Assembly (NCBI GenBank): GCA_041498975.1
Contig: JBGQJI010000003.1
Span: forward strand, 1 to 48,649
Reading direction: 5' to 3'
DNA length: 48,649 bases
DNA from: Candidatus Methylomirabilis sp.
Lineage (GTDB): Bacteria; Methylomirabilota; Methylomirabilia; Methylomirabilales; Methylomirabilaceae
The translations under genes and the position numbers were made by a program. Numbering within the stretch: the first letter of the stretch is position 1; each line of letters starts with the position of its first letter. The notes under the pieces are model-generated. The model worked only from the letters and a program-made list of their open reading frames with translations. It was not told where the DNA came from and did no database searches. This document shows positions 11,253 through 21,963 of this stretch, piece after piece.

Positions 11253-12559
11253 TCGAGGGCGTTGGCAATATCTTCAGGGTTCCAGAGCTCAAGAAGCGAA
11301 TCATCTTCACCGCACTCGCGCTCATTGCCTACCGATTGGGCTCGCACATCCCCACGCCGGGCATCGACGCCCGCGCCCTTTCGTCATTTTTCAATCAGGT
11401 GGGAGGAACGCTCCTCGGCTTCTTCGATCTCTTCTCTGGTGGGGCGCTGCGCCGTCTCAGCATCCTTGCCCTTGGCATCATGCCCTACATCAGCGCATCC
11501 ATCATCCTCCAGCTCCTCGCGGTCGTCTTCCCGCCTCTCGAGAAGCTGAGCAAGGAGGGGGAACAGGGGCGAAAGAAGATCACCCAATACACCCGCTACG
11601 GCACGGTGCTCCTCTCCGCCGTCCAGGCCATGGGAATCGCCATTGGACTGGAGAGCATGCGCAGCCCGGCCGGTGAGCTGGTCGTGCCGGTGCCAGGTTG
11701 GAGCTTTCGCCTGATGACCGCCATCACGCTCACTGCCGGGGCGATCTTCCTGATGTGGTTGGGGGAACAGATCACTGAGCGGGGGATCGGGAACGGGATC
11801 TCCCTCCTGATCTTCGCCGGCATCATCGTCCGGGTGCCGGAGGCTGTTGTGAACTCTTGGCGTCTGCTGTCCACGGGAGAGCTGAAGGCCCTGACGTTCC
11901 TGGCCATCGTGGCCCTGATGGTCCTGGTGGTCGCCGGGGTCATTGTGATGACACTGGGCCAGAGGCCGATACCGGTGCAGTATGCAAAGCGCGTGGTGGG
12001 TCGCCGGATCTACGGCGGGCAGAGCACCCACATCCCGTTGCGGGTCAACACCGCCGGGGTCATTCCGGTGATCTTCGCCGCTTCCATCATCGTGTTCCCG
12101 GCTACCATCGCACAATTCTTCAAGCATCCCTGGATGCAGGCGCTCGCCAGGGCCCTTTCCCCGGCCACGGTGGTGTACACGCTTCTGTACGCGGTGGCCA
12201 TTGTGTTCTTCACCTATTTCTATACTGCCATTGTCTTCAACCCGACGGATGTGGCTGATAACATGAAGAAGTATGGGGGGTTCATCCCGGGCATCCGGCC
12301 GGGAGCGAGGACGGCCGAATTCATCGAAAAGGTGCTGGATCGGATCACCCTCGTTGGGGCGGTCTATCTGGCGCTGATCTCGATTCTCCCAGAGTTTCTC
12401 ATCACCACCATGAATGTCCCATTCTTCTTCGGAGGGACCTCGCTCCTCATTGTGGTGGGCGTGGCCCTGGATACGGTCCAGCAGGTTGAGTCGCACCTGC
12501 TCATGCGTCACTATGAGGGCTTCCTGAAGAAGAGCCGGATCAAGGGAAGGCTGGGATAG
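11249..12559 (+). CDS. secY: Preprotein translocase subunit SecY
   Basis: [45 protein letters not shown]; many hydrophobic segments. Confidence 0.99.
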   Translation: MIEGVGNIFRVPELKKRIIFTALALIAYRLGSHIPTPGIDARALSSFFNQVGGTLLGFFDLFSGGALRRLSILALGIMPYISASIILQLLAVVFPPLEKLSKEGEQGRKKITQYTRYGTVLLSAVQAMGIAIGLESMRSPAGELVVPVPGWSFRLMTAITLTAGAIFLMWLGEQITERGIGNGISLLIFAGIIVRVPEAVVNSWRLLSTGELKALTFLAIVALMVLVVAGVIVMTLGQRPIPVQYAKRVVGRRIYGGQSTHIPLRVNTAGVIPVIFAASIIVFPATIAQFFKHPWMQALARALSPATVVYTLLYAVAIVFFTYFYTAIVFNPTDVADNMKKYGGFIPGIRPGARTAEFIEKVLDRITLVGAVYLALISILPEFLITTMNVPFFFGGTSLLIVVGVALDTVQQVESHLLMRHYEGFLKKSRIKGRLG

Positions 12560-12566
12560 CGGCCGT

Positions 12567-13208
12567 ATGCGCCTCATCCTGCTGGGACCGCCCGGGGCCG
12601 GCAAGGGGACGCAGGCCAAGGTGCTGATGAGCAGGCTGGGCGTCCCACAGGTTTCCACCGGCGATATCTTGCGGCAAGCGGTGGCCGATGGCACCGATCT
12701 GGGGCGGAAGGCCAAGTCGTTCATGGACCGCGGGGCCTTGGTCCCGGACGAGGTGGTCATCGGGATCATCGAAGAGCGCCTTCGCCGGCCAGATTGCAGC
12801 GGGGGGTACATTCTCGACGGATTTCCCCGAACCCTCGCCCAAGCCGAGGCGCTCTCGCGAGCCTTGACGTCACTATCGGCGACGCTGGATAGGGTTCTCA
12901 GCGTGGAGGTGCCGGAGGACGATCTGGTGAAACTACTCGCCGGTCGTCGGGTCTGTCGCGGCTGCGGGCATATGTTTCACGTTGACACTCATCCGCCGAA
13001 GCAGAGTGGGATCTGCGACAAGTGTGGGAACGCGTTGTACCAGCGGGACGATGATAGGGAAGAGACGATCCGCCATCGCCTGCGGGTCTACCGGGAGCAG
13101 ACAGAGCCCCTGATCGCCTACTACGATAAGATGCGGTTGCTCAGGCGGACCGATGGCCGCGGGACGATCGAGGAGATCTCCCAGCGGATCCATCGCGCCT
13201 TGGGGTGA
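12567..13208 (+). CDS. adk: Adenylate kinase (Zn-lid type)
   Basis: GPPGAGKGT P-loop, LDGFPRT, lid CRGC...CDKC, QRDDD. Confidence 0.98.
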   Translation: MRLILLGPPGAGKGTQAKVLMSRLGVPQVSTGDILRQAVADGTDLGRKAKSFMDRGALVPDEVVIGIIEERLRRPDCSGGYILDGFPRTLAQAEALSRALTSLSATLDRVLSVEVPEDDLVKLLAGRRVCRGCGHMFHVDTHPPKQSGICDKCGNALYQRDDDREETIRHRLRVYREQTEPLIAYYDKMRLLRRTDGRGTIEEISQRIHRALG

Positions 13209-13223
13209 GGGTGGGGCACAGCC

Positions 13224-13991
13224 GTGATGATCTTCAAATCTTCCTGGGAAATCGACCTGATGCGCAAGAGCGGCCGGATCGTGGCAGAGGCCCTCGACAA
13301 GCTGACGAGGCTGGCGGAGCCGGGGATCACCACTTTGGAACTGGACCGATTTGCCGAAGAGTACATCCTCAAACGAGGTGCCAAGCCGGCTTTCAAAGGG
13401 TATCGTGGCTACCCCTATACGTTGTGTGCGTCCGTGAACGAGCAGGTGGTGCACGCGTTCCCCTCGGGGAGGACACTAAAGGAAGGCGACATTCTCAGCC
13501 TGGATCTGGGGGCTATTGTCGACGGCTACTACGGGGATGCCGCGGTGACGGTGTCAGTGGGCCCGGTCTCCGAGGAAGCCAGCCGCTTGCTGGCCGTCAC
13601 GGGGGAGGCGCTGCGGCGGGCGATCGAGGCCGCACGCCCTGGGAATCGCCTGTCGGATATCTCGTATGCGGTGCAGGATACGGTCGAGAACCACGGCTTC
13701 TCGGTCGTGCGTCTCTTCGTCGGCCACGGAATCGGCCGCTCCCTCCACGAGGAGCCGCAGATCCCGAACTTCGGCCCACCGAGCAGAACCCCCTTTGGGC
13801 CACCGCTCAGGCCCGGCTTGGTCCTGGCCATTGAACCGATGGTCAACGCTGGCCGCCCCGAAGTGACGATCCTCGAGGATCAATGGACGGCGGTGACATG
13901 CGACAGGTCCCTCTCCGCCCACTTTGAGCACACCGTGGCGCTTACCGAGGAGGGCGTAGAGGTTCTCACATCCCTGGACGGGATCGGCTGA
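13224..13991 (+). CDS. map: Type I methionine aminopeptidase
   Basis: [11 protein letters not shown]...GD, GHGIG..LHEEP, AIEPM, SAHFEHT. Confidence 0.98.
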   Translation: MMIFKSSWEIDLMRKSGRIVAEALDKLTRLAEPGITTLELDRFAEEYILKRGAKPAFKGYRGYPYTLCASVNEQVVHAFPSGRTLKEGDILSLDLGAIVDGYYGDAAVTVSVGPVSEEASRLLAVTGEALRRAIEAARPGNRLSDISYAVQDTVENHGFSVVRLFVGHGIGRSLHEEPQIPNFGPPSRTPFGPPLRPGLVLAIEPMVNAGRPEVTILEDQWTAVTCDRSLSAHFEHTVALTEEGVEVLTSLDGIG

Positions 13992-14011
13992 GCAGGGCGG
14001 ACGGGGCACCG

Positions 14012-14230
14012 ATGCCGAAGGAAGAGGCGATCGAAGTTGAGGGGACGGTGATCGAGCCCCTGCCCAACGCCATGTTCCGGGTAGAGTTAGAAACGGGGCA
14101 CAAGGTCCTCGCGCATATCTCCGGGAAGATGCGCATGCATTTCATTCGGATTCTTCCCGGAGACAAGGTGATCGTGGAGTTGTCCCCCTACGACCTGACG
14201 CGTGGTCGGATCATTTACCGCTACAAATAG
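14012..14230 (+). CDS. infA: Translation initiation factor IF-1
   Basis: [27 protein letters not shown]. Confidence 0.99.
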   Translation: MPKEEAIEVEGTVIEPLPNAMFRVELETGHKVLAHISGKMRMHFIRILPGDKVIVELSPYDLTRGRIIYRYK

Positions 14231-14286
14231 AGGTCCGGGTGGAGGGTTGGGGGAGGTTGCTGATCCCCAGACACGGGGGGGATGCC

Positions 14287-14400
14287 ATGAAGGTTCGGGC
14301 GTCGGTCAAGCCGATGTGCGAGAAGTGCAAGGTCATTCGACGGAAACGGGTCCTGCGGATCGTCTGCGAAAATCCTCGCCATAAGCAGCGGCAAGGATAG
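14287..14400 (+). CDS. rpmJ: 50S ribosomal protein L36 (absent from ORF track, 37 aa)
   Basis: Manual translation [37 protein letters not shown]. Confidence 0.98.
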   Translation: MKVRASVKPMCEKCKVIRRKRVLRIVCENPRHKQRQG

Positions 14401-14401
14401 C

Positions 14402-14496
14402 GAGTTCATAGTTCGGTGTTCAGAGTTCATCGAGAGGGCGGCAGGGAAAGGATCTTAACTATGAACTCCGAACTCCGAACTCCGAACTGTGAGCTC
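14402..14496. repeat. Inverted heptamer array (GAGTTCR / YGAACTC)
   Basis: GAGTTCA-TAGTTCG-GTGTTCA-GAGTTCA ... TGAACTC-CGAACTC-CGAACTC-CGAACTG-TGAGCTC. Confidence 0.8.
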
Positions 14497-14510
14497 TGAG
14501 CGGGGGAAAA

Positions 14511-14885
14511 ATGGCACGCATCGCCGGGACGGATCTTCCAAGAGAGAAACGAGTGGAGGCGGCTCTGACCTATATCTACGGCATCGGTTGCTCCTCTTCG
14601 CGCAAGATCCTTAAGGACTCCGGGGTCAGCCCGGATGTCCGCGTCAAGGACCTGACGGAAGAAGAGATCACAAAGCTGAGGCGGACCATTGAGGGGAACT
14701 ACAAGGTTGAGGGAGACCTGAAGCGTGAGGTGTCCTTGAACATCAAGCGGCTCATGGACACCGGAACCTATCGGGGCCTGAGGCATCGCCGTGGCCTCCC
14801 GGTTCGTGGCCAGCGGACCAGCACCAATGCCAGGACGCGCAAAGGCCCCCGCCGGACGGTCGGTATGAAAAGCAAGAAGACGTGA
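14511..14885 (+). CDS. rpsM: 30S ribosomal protein S13
   Basis: [30 protein letters not shown]. Confidence 0.99.
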   Translation: MARIAGTDLPREKRVEAALTYIYGIGCSSSRKILKDSGVSPDVRVKDLTEEEITKLRRTIEGNYKVEGDLKREVSLNIKRLMDTGTYRGLRHRRGLPVRGQRTSTNARTRKGPRRTVGMKSKKT

Positions 14886-14996
14886 CCGGATACGCCGGTT
14901 CACGTCGCCAGGGCAGGGAGTATGATCCAGCCCGTCTCTTGATCCGACGCGTGATGACTCAATCGCTCGACGAATAATGTAGTCGATGGAGGAATG

Positions 14997-15407
14997 ATGG
15001 CGGAAGAAGCGAAACCGAGGCGTCCAGTGGGACGCGCAGGCGGCAAGAAGGAATCCAAGAATATCGCCCATGGGATTGCCTGCGTCCAGGCGACGTTTAA
15101 CAATACGATCGTGACGATCACAGACACCGCAGGCAACGTGGTCGCCTGGGCGAGCGCCGGCTCGGTGGGGTTCAAGGGCTCGCGGAAAAGCACTCCGTTT
15201 GCCGCGCAGATGGCGGCGGATAACGCGGCCCAGAAGGCGATGGGGTACGGCATGAAAGAAGTGAAGGTGTACGTCAAAGGCCCAGGCGCCGGGCGTGAGG
15301 CGGCTATTCGGGCCTTGCAAGCGGCCGGCTTGGAGATCGTGGCCATCAAGGACGTCACGCCGATTCCCCACAACGGGTGCCGGCCGCCCAAGCGGAGACG
15401 AGTGTGA
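14997..15407 (+). CDS. rpsK: 30S ribosomal protein S11
   Basis: [37 protein letters not shown]; start 14994 or 14997. Confidence 0.99.
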   Translation: MAEEAKPRRPVGRAGGKKESKNIAHGIACVQATFNNTIVTITDTAGNVVAWASAGSVGFKGSRKSTPFAAQMAADNAAQKAMGYGMKEVKVYVKGPGAGREAAIRALQAAGLEIVAIKDVTPIPHNGCRPPKRRRV

Positions 15408-15524
15408 CGGGGGCGCTCTTTCCGACAACACATTCTTTCATCGGGCGCCGGGGCGCTGAGAGCCTCATTCAACGCAATGCGCGTGGGGCGGGGAGGGGCG
15501 ACACCGCCTCTTGGGGAGGGGTTC

Positions 15525-16151
15525 GTGGCTAGGTATCGGGATGCCGTCTGCAAGCTCTGCCGGCGAGAGGGGATGAAGCTGTTCTTGAAGGGGGATCGAT
15601 GCTTCTCCACTAAATGCGCCATTGAGAAGCGAAACTACGCGCCCGGCGCGCACGGCCAGCGACGGACCAAGCTCTCAGACTACTGCACGCAGCTCCGCGA
15701 GAAGCAGAAGATGCGTCGAATCTACGGAGTTCTGGAAACGCAGTTCCGGAAGTACTTTCGCCTGGCCGAGCGACAGAAGGGGGTCACCGGCGAGAACCTG
15801 GTCAGGATCTTGGAGCAGAGGCTGGACAATGTCGTCCATCGCCTCGGCTTCGCCGCGTCCCGCGCGCAGTCGAGGATGTTGATCAGCCACGGCCACATCC
15901 TCGTCGGAGGGCGGAAAACTGACATCCCGTCGTACAGGGTTCGTCCAGGCGAGACGATCGAGGTGCGACCGAGTAGTCACGAGATGGTGGCAATCAAGGC
16001 AGCTCTCGAAGGGGCGAAGAAGCGAACGCTGCCGAGCTGGCTGGAGCTGGATGCGGCCAACATGAAAGGGATCGTTCGATCGACCCCGACTCGAGAGGAG
16101 ATAGCCATCCCCGTGGAGGAGCAATTGATCGTGGCGCTCTACTCCAAGTAA
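15525..16151 (+). CDS. rpsD: 30S ribosomal protein S4
   Basis: ARY...[27 protein letters not shown] start after GGAGG. Confidence 0.98.
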   Translation: MARYRDAVCKLCRREGMKLFLKGDRCFSTKCAIEKRNYAPGAHGQRRTKLSDYCTQLREKQKMRRIYGVLETQFRKYFRLAERQKGVTGENLVRILEQRLDNVVHRLGFAASRAQSRMLISHGHILVGGRKTDIPSYRVRPGETIEVRPSSHEMVAIKAALEGAKKRTLPSWLELDAANMKGIVRSTPTREEIAIPVEEQLIVALYSK

Positions 16152-16172
16152 TGGCGGGCGTGGGAGGTTTTG

Positions 16173-17189
16173 ATGATTCAGAAGTTTAAGGGCCTCCAGA
16201 AGCCGAAGCGGTTGGAATGCGAGCTGGAAACTCTGACCAGCACATACGGAAAGTTTCTTGCGGAGCCCCTCGAACGTGGGTTCGGATTGACCATCGGCAA
16301 TGCGCTCCGGCGCATCCTCCTCTCCACGATTGAGGGGGCCGCGGTGACTTCGGTCCGGATCTCCGGGGCCCTCCACGAGTTCTCGACCATCCCCGGGGTC
16401 AAGGAAGACGTGACCGATATCATCCTGAACATCAAGGGTCTTCGAGTCAAGCTCAACGTGGACCACCCCAAGACCATCTACCTGAAGGCGGCTTCAGAGG
16501 GAGAGGTGCGCGCAGAGCACATCACGCCGGACCCCGATGTGGAGATCCTGAACCACGACCTGCACATCGCCACCCTGGACAAGGATGGCAAGCTCGAGGT
16601 GGAGATGGAGGTCCGCCACGGGAGAGGGTATGTCCCGGCGGACCGAAATAAGCGGGAGGGTCAGCCTGTCGACGCAATCGCCATCGACTCGATCTTCTCC
16701 CCGATCCGGAAGGTCAATTTCTTGGTCGAGGACACCAGGGTCGGCCAGGTCACCGACTACAACAAGCTCATCCTGGAGGTCTGGACCGACGGGAGTGTCG
16801 TGCCGCAGGATGCCATCGCCTATGCGGCGAAGATCCTCAAGGATCACCTGAGCATCTTCATCAACTTTGAGGAAGAACCTGAGGGAGAGGGTATAGCCAT
16901 CGACGACGGGAAAGAGCAGGTGCTGGAGCACCTGAATCGAAGCGTTGATGAACTGGAGCTCTCGGTGCGATCGGCCAACTGCCTGAAGAACTCGAACATT
17001 CGATATATCTACGAGTTGGTCCAGAAGACCGAGGCCGAGATGCTCAAGACAAAGAATTTCGGTCGAAAGTCCCTCAATGAGATTAAGGAGATCCTCGCCG
17101 GCATGGGATTGACCCTCGGGATGAAGCTGGAGGGGTTCCCCGCCGGAGAGGCCTCCGCGAAACGAAGTGAGAAGGCCTCGAAAGCCTGA
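16173..17189 (+). CDS. rpoA: RNA polymerase subunit alpha
   Basis: [48 protein letters not shown]. Confidence 0.99.
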   Translation: MIQKFKGLQKPKRLECELETLTSTYGKFLAEPLERGFGLTIGNALRRILLSTIEGAAVTSVRISGALHEFSTIPGVKEDVTDIILNIKGLRVKLNVDHPKTIYLKAASEGEVRAEHITPDPDVEILNHDLHIATLDKDGKLEVEMEVRHGRGYVPADRNKREGQPVDAIAIDSIFSPIRKVNFLVEDTRVGQVTDYNKLILEVWTDGSVVPQDAIAYAAKILKDHLSIFINFEEEPEGEGIAIDDGKEQVLEHLNRSVDELELSVRSANCLKNSNIRYIYELVQKTEAEMLKTKNFGRKSLNEIKEILAGMGLTLGMKLEGFPAGEASAKRSEKASKA

Positions 17190-17239
17190 ACAGAGGCCGG
17201 GGCTTGGGCGGGCCTGAGGGCCCGCCGGGAGCGCAAGCT

Positions 17240-17713
17240 ATGCGGCATAGGAAAGCGGGGAGAAAGCTCGGCCGGACAACAGCTCATCGCGAGATGCTCC
17301 TGCGGAACCTGCTGACGTCACTCTTCCATTACGAGAAAATCGTGACAACCGAAGCCAAGGCCAAGGAACTGCGCAAGCTGGCAGAGAAGGTCATCTCGCT
17401 GGCCAAGCGCGAGGACCTCCATGCCCGTCGACAGGCGGCGGAGGTGGTTGAGGACGAGAAGGTCCTGAAGAAGCTGTTTGATTCGATCGGGGGGCGGTAC
17501 AAAGACCGAAACGGTGGCTACACGCGGATTACAAAGCTGGACTATAGAATGGGAGACGGCGCGCCGCTTGCGGCCATTGAGCTGGTGGGCTCCGGCGCCG
17601 CCCCGGAGCCCGTGGTGAAGCCGGCCAGACGGCGTGGGCGTCGTCAACACAAAGGGGAAGCTCCAAGACCATCGGCGGCCGAACCGGTGGCGGCCCAGGC
17701 GGGCGATGCCTGA
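17240..17713 (+). CDS. rplQ: 50S ribosomal protein L17 with C-terminal extension
   Basis: [28 protein letters not shown]. Confidence 0.98.
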   Translation: MRHRKAGRKLGRTTAHREMLLRNLLTSLFHYEKIVTTEAKAKELRKLAEKVISLAKREDLHARRQAAEVVEDEKVLKKLFDSIGGRYKDRNGGYTRITKLDYRMGDGAPLAAIELVGSGAAPEPVVKPARRRGRRQHKGEAPRPSAAEPVAAQAGDA

Positions 17714-17753
17714 AAGCGGTCCAGCCTTGAAGAATCTCGATCGTGTTTGATAT

Positions 17754-17797
17754 CGCGATGCCCTTCCCGATCCATTCGGGGAGGGCATCGCGGTTTT
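17754..17797 (+). terminator. Putative intrinsic terminator of the ribosomal cluster
   Basis: 17-bp stem CGCGATGCCCTTCCCGA / TCGGGGAGGGCATCGCG (one G-U pair), 5-nt loop, short GTTTT tail. Confidence 0.7.
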
Positions 17798-17824
17798 GCA
17801 AAGGCCGGATTTTCCCTTTACAAT
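17796..17824 (+). promoter_or_regulatory. Putative sigma-70 promoter for the EF-G paralog
   Basis: TTGCAA-N17-TACAAT. Confidence 0.6.
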
Positions 17825-17893
17825 GGTCGTGTCTGCGTGCCAGGAAGGGGGCCCCGATATGGGCGCCACTCCGCGCGATGAGGGGGAAAGGCG

Positions 17894-19978
17894 GTGAGCA
17901 AGACGGAGATCGCTAAGATCCGTAACGTTGCGATAGTGGCGCACGGAGGGGCGGGTAAGACCACGCTGACTGAAGCGATCCTCTTCGATGCCGGCGCCAC
18001 GTCCCGCCTCGGAAAGGTCGAGGAAGGGACCACCGTTTCCGACTTCGACGAGGATGAGATCAAGCGAAAGATGAGCGTGAGCTCTGCCCTCGTGTACTGT
18101 GAGTGGAAGGGCTGCAAGGTCAACTTGATCGATACCCCTGGAGCCTCCATCTACCTGACTGACACGCGGAACTGCTTGCGGGTGGCTGACGCTGCCCTGG
18201 TGGTGGTCAGCGGCGTCTCTGGCGTGAAGGTGCAGACGGAGAAGGTGTGGACCTTCGCCCAAGCAGGCGGCCTCGCTCGGATGATCTTCATCAATAAGAT
18301 GGATCAGGAGCAGGCCGACTTTTTCAAGGTTCTCGAAGACGTGCGCAAGAACCTCTGTTCGGTGGCGACGCCGGTACAACTTCCCATAGGGGCCCAGGCA
18401 TCCTTCACGGGCGTGGTCGATCTCGTGCGGATGAAGGCCCTGACGTATCAGGGGGGCGCCACTGGAAAATTCTCCGAGGGGGAGATTTCGCCGGACCAGA
18501 AATCGAAAGCTGAGGAGCTGCAAGCGGCGCTGGTGGAGGCGGTCGCCGAGAGTGACGATAAGCTGCTGGAGAAGTATCTGGAAGCGGGGACCCTCTCCGC
18601 CGAGGAGTTGAAGGCCGGGTTGAGGCGGGCGATCATTGGGGGGAAGCTCGTTCCAGTCGTCTGCGGTTCGGCCGTCAAGAATATTGGAGTGCAACCGCTC
18701 CTGGATCTTGTGGCGGAGGTTTTTCCATCCCCTGCAGATCGACCGGCCGTCGAGGGAGTCGATCCCAGGAATCGGGAGCGAGTTATCCGAGAATGCAAGG
18801 AGGATGCGCCGTTTTCCGGCCTGGTGTTCAAGACATTGGTCGATCCCTATGCTGGGAAGATCACGCTGTTTCGAGTCTACTCCGGCCTGCTCTCATCCGA
18901 CTCCAGCGTTTACAATGCCACCAAAGCGTGTAAGGAAAGGATCGGCCAAATGGCCCTGCTCCGGGGCAAGCAGCAGGTCCCGGTTCCGGCCGTTGGCCCC
19001 GGAGATCTGGGGGCCGTGGTCAAACTGAAGGAGACGGGCACAGGTGATACCCTCTGCGACGAACGGAGCCCGATCCGTTTGGAACCGGTTGGAATCCCCA
19101 GCCCCATCATCGAATATGCCATCGTGCCCAAGGCGAAGGGAGACGAAGAGAAGCTGAGCGTGGGGCTCCAGCGGCTCCGGGACGAGGACCCTTCGCTTCA
19201 GGTTCGCCGCGATCCGCAGACCAAGGAGATCGTCCTGGGTGGGATGGGGAAGGCCCACTTGGAGATCGCAGTCGATCGCCTCAAGCGGAAGTTCGGGCTC
19301 GAGGTCCAGATGAGGATCCCCCGCGTCCCATACAAGGAAACGATCCATGGCCGGACCGAGGTTCAGGGGAGGCACAAAAAACAGACCGGGGGCCGCGGAC
19401 AGTTTGGCGACTGCTGGATCAAGCTTGAGCCGCTCCCTCGGGGGAAGGGGTATGAATTCGTGAACCAGATCGTGGGGGGCGCGATCCCCAGGCAGTACAT
19501 CCCGGCGGTCGAGAAAGGGATCACGGAGGCGATGGAAGAAGGATCCCTGGCCGGGTATCCCGTGGTCGATCTGAAGGTCACCCTCTATGACGGCTCCTAC
19601 CATACTGTGGACTCGTCCGAAATGGCCTTCAAGATCGCCGGCTCATTGGCGTTCAAGAAGGGCGTCCTGCAGGCAAACCCTGGTTTGCTGGAGCCGATCA
19701 TGACCGTCGAGGTCGCGGTCCCCGATGAGTGCATGGGCGACGTGATCGGAGACTTGAATAGCAAACGGGGTCGTGTGCTGGGCGTCGGAACCACGGGAAA
19801 GTCACAGGTGATCAAAGCGCAGGTTCCCTTGGCCGAAATGCTGGAGTATGCCACACAGCTCAAAGCCCTCACCGGCGACCGCGGGGACTACACGATGGAG
19901 GTCTCTCACTACGACGAGGTTCCGCAGCACTTGAGCGAGCGGGTCATCGCCGAGGCGAAAAAAGAGAAAGAGGAGTAA
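17894..19978 (+). CDS. fusA: Elongation factor G paralog (EF-G2 type)
   Basis: 694 aa with full EF-G layout; AHGGAGKTT, DTPG, NKMD, GMGKAHLEI, KQTGGRGQFG, DGSYHTVDSSEMAF; switch motifs divergent. Confidence 0.93.
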   Translation: MSKTEIAKIRNVAIVAHGGAGKTTLTEAILFDAGATSRLGKVEEGTTVSDFDEDEIKRKMSVSSALVYCEWKGCKVNLIDTPGASIYLTDTRNCLRVADAALVVVSGVSGVKVQTEKVWTFAQAGGLARMIFINKMDQEQADFFKVLEDVRKNLCSVATPVQLPIGAQASFTGVVDLVRMKALTYQGGATGKFSEGEISPDQKSKAEELQAALVEAVAESDDKLLEKYLEAGTLSAEELKAGLRRAIIGGKLVPVVCGSAVKNIGVQPLLDLVAEVFPSPADRPAVEGVDPRNRERVIRECKEDAPFSGLVFKTLVDPYAGKITLFRVYSGLLSSDSSVYNATKACKERIGQMALLRGKQQVPVPAVGPGDLGAVVKLKETGTGDTLCDERSPIRLEPVGIPSPIIEYAIVPKAKGDEEKLSVGLQRLRDEDPSLQVRRDPQTKEIVLGGMGKAHLEIAVDRLKRKFGLEVQMRIPRVPYKETIHGRTEVQGRHKKQTGGRGQFGDCWIKLEPLPRGKGYEFVNQIVGGAIPRQYIPAVEKGITEAMEEGSLAGYPVVDLKVTLYDGSYHTVDSSEMAFKIAGSLAFKKGVLQANPGLLEPIMTVEVAVPDECMGDVIGDLNSKRGRVLGVGTTGKSQVIKAQVPLAEMLEYATQLKALTGDRGDYTMEVSHYDEVPQHLSERVIAEAKKEKEE

Positions 19979-20008
19979 GCAACCCCTGATCCCCTCCCGC
20001 GATTTCGC

Positions 20009-20036
20009 TTGCGTGGACCAGGGATACTGTGATAGT
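20009..20036 (+). promoter_or_regulatory. Possible sigma-70 promoter for the rimP-nusA-infB operon
   Basis: TTGCGT-N16-GATAGT with a TG extended -10. Confidence 0.4.
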
Positions 20037-20044
20037 GTCATATT

Positions 20045-20077
20045 AAGAGTGGGCCTTGAGTGCCCGCTCTTTGTTTT
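20045..20077 (+). promoter_or_regulatory. rimP leader hairpin (attenuator-like)
   Basis: AAGAGTGGGC / GCCCGCTCTT stem followed by TGTTTT just upstream of rimP. Confidence 0.65.
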
Positions 20078-20094
20078 ATACGGGGTTGTGGCCG

Positions 20095-20556
20095 ATGAGC
20101 GTGGCGATCGTGGAGCGCGTCAGGTCGATTGCCCTCCCACTCCTCCAGGAGCTGGGGCTGGACTTGGTGGAGGTGGAATTCCGCCGGGAGGCAGGCGGAT
20201 GGGTCCTGCGCGTGTATCTCGATAAGCGTGGCGGGGTGACCTTGGGCGACTGTCAGCGAGTGAGCGAGGAGTTGAGCGATCTCCTCGACGTGGAAAATCT
20301 CATCGACCACCCCTTTTCGCTTGAGGTGTCTTCTCCGGGCCTGACCCGCCCGCTGAGTCGCGAGGCCGACTTCCTGCGTTTCGTGGGCCAACGCGCCCGC
20401 GTGAAAACCTCGCAGGCCATCGCCGGCCAACGGCGGTTCCTCGGCACCCTGAAGGGCTATGAGGCAGGGCGGGTCATGTTGGAGCGGGAGGATGGAACCG
20501 TCGTCCTCATCCCTCATGAGCTGATCTCGAAGGCTTCGCTGGCTCCAGTTCTGTAA
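20095..20556 (+). CDS. rimP: Ribosome maturation factor RimP
   Basis: LRVYLDK.GGVTLGDC, LEVSSPGL.RPL; upstream of nusA. Confidence 0.97.
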   Translation: MSVAIVERVRSIALPLLQELGLDLVEVEFRREAGGWVLRVYLDKRGGVTLGDCQRVSEELSDLLDVENLIDHPFSLEVSSPGLTRPLSREADFLRFVGQRARVKTSQAIAGQRRFLGTLKGYEAGRVMLEREDGTVVLIPHELISKASLAPVL

Positions 20557-20560
20557 AGCA

Positions 20561-20647
20561 AGGGGTTAGGGTCTAGGATCGAGTGAGTAAGCCTTCGGTT
20601 CTCCTTACACCTCATCCCTATGCTCTCGATGCTATACCCTCTACCCT
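20561..20647. repeat. Degenerate inverted heptamer array (AGGGNNN / NNNCCCT)
   Basis: AGGGGTT-AGGGTCT-AGGATCG ... TACACCT-CATCCCT-ATGCTCT-CGATGCT-ATACCCT-CTACCCT. Confidence 0.65.
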
Positions 20648-20659
20648 GGTGTCAAGACA

Positions 20660-21961
20660 ATGACCATCAATGTGCTTCAGGTCATCGAACAGATCGGACG
20701 CGAGAAAGGGATCGACTCGGGAGTTCTGATCGACGCCGTCGGCGCGGCGATCCTCTCCGCGTCCCGGAAGACCCTTGGGCCCGCCCTAGACCTGCGTGTC
20801 GAGTTCGACCAGCGGTCCGGCAGCTTCAAGCTGTATGCGGTGCAGAAGGTCGTCGAGAAGGTCCTGAACCCCAAGGTCGAGATCGCCGTCGAGGAGGCGC
20901 AGCCACTCAGTCCAGGGGCCAAGCCTGGCGACGAGATCAGATCCGAAATGATGGCAGGGGGATTTGGCCGCATCGCTGCGCAAACCGCGAAGCAGGTGAT
21001 CATCCAGCGGGTCAGAGAAGCTGAGCGGGAGAGTATCTTTCAGAGTTTCAAGGCGAGACAAGGCGAGCTGGTCAACGGCATCGTCCAACGGGTGGTGAAG
21101 GGCAACGTCATCGTTAATCTTGGGAAGGCCGAGGCGATCCTCCCCACCAAGGAACGGCTCCCCCGTGAAGACTACAGGATCGGCGACCGGGTCCGGGCGT
21201 ACGTTCTCGACGTGAAGAAGTCACCGAAGGGCTCGCAGATCATCCTTTCGCGAACGCACCCAGGGCTCGTGGCCAAGCTCTTCGAGATCGAGGTCCCGGA
21301 GATTTATGAGGGGATTGTGGAAATCAAGGCGGTTGCCAGGGATCCCGGCGAGCGGGCCAAGGTCGCTGTGGCCTCGCGCGATGGCAATGTGGACCCCGTG
21401 GGGGCCTGCGTCGGATACCGGGGCAGTCGAGTTCAGGCTATCGTGCGGGAGCTGATGGGTGAAAGGATCGACGTGATCGCGTGGAAGAGCGATGCGGCCG
21501 CCTTCGTCCGGAGCGCGCTGGCGCCCGCCGAGGTCCAGAGCGTTGAAGTCGACGAGCAGATGCACACCCTGAAGGTGCTGGTGGCCGATGACCAGCTTTC
21601 GCTGGCGATCGGGAAACGAGGACAGAACGCCCGCCTGGCGGCCAAGCTCTTGGGGTGGAAAGTCGATATCAAGAGCCGGGGCGAGCTTCAGAAGCTATCG
21701 GAGGAACCGTCCAGGGCGGGGCTCGAACCGCTCCAGCCTGCGGCGGAGACCTCCGCTGCTGAAGTGGATCGGCTGGCGGAGTTGTCGGGCGTTGGCGAGA
21801 AGTTGGCCGCCCGCCTGATCGAGGCAGGTCTGAACAGCTACCAGAAGTTGGCCGACGCATCGGAGGAGACGTTGGTCCAGGTGGAAGGAATCGGTCCCAG
21901 GACGGCCCAGAAGTTGATCGAGGCCGCGAAAGCCGCCATCGCTGCGAGGGGTTCCGGGTAG
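20660..21961 (+). CDS. nusA: Transcription termination/antitermination factor NusA
   Basis: FGRIAAQTAKQVI, LSRTHP, DPVGACVG..GSR, LSLAIGKRGQNARLA; C-terminal HhH repeats. Confidence 0.99.
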   Translation: MTINVLQVIEQIGREKGIDSGVLIDAVGAAILSASRKTLGPALDLRVEFDQRSGSFKLYAVQKVVEKVLNPKVEIAVEEAQPLSPGAKPGDEIRSEMMAGGFGRIAAQTAKQVIIQRVREAERESIFQSFKARQGELVNGIVQRVVKGNVIVNLGKAEAILPTKERLPREDYRIGDRVRAYVLDVKKSPKGSQIILSRTHPGLVAKLFEIEVPEIYEGIVEIKAVARDPGERAKVAVASRDGNVDPVGACVGYRGSRVQAIVRELMGERIDVIAWKSDAAAFVRSALAPAEVQSVEVDEQMHTLKVLVADDQLSLAIGKRGQNARLAAKLLGWKVDIKSRGELQKLSEEPSRAGLEPLQPAAETSAAEVDRLAELSGVGEKLAARLIEAGLNSYQKLADASEETLVQVEGIGPRTAQKLIEAAKAAIAARGSG

Positions 21962-21963
21962 AG

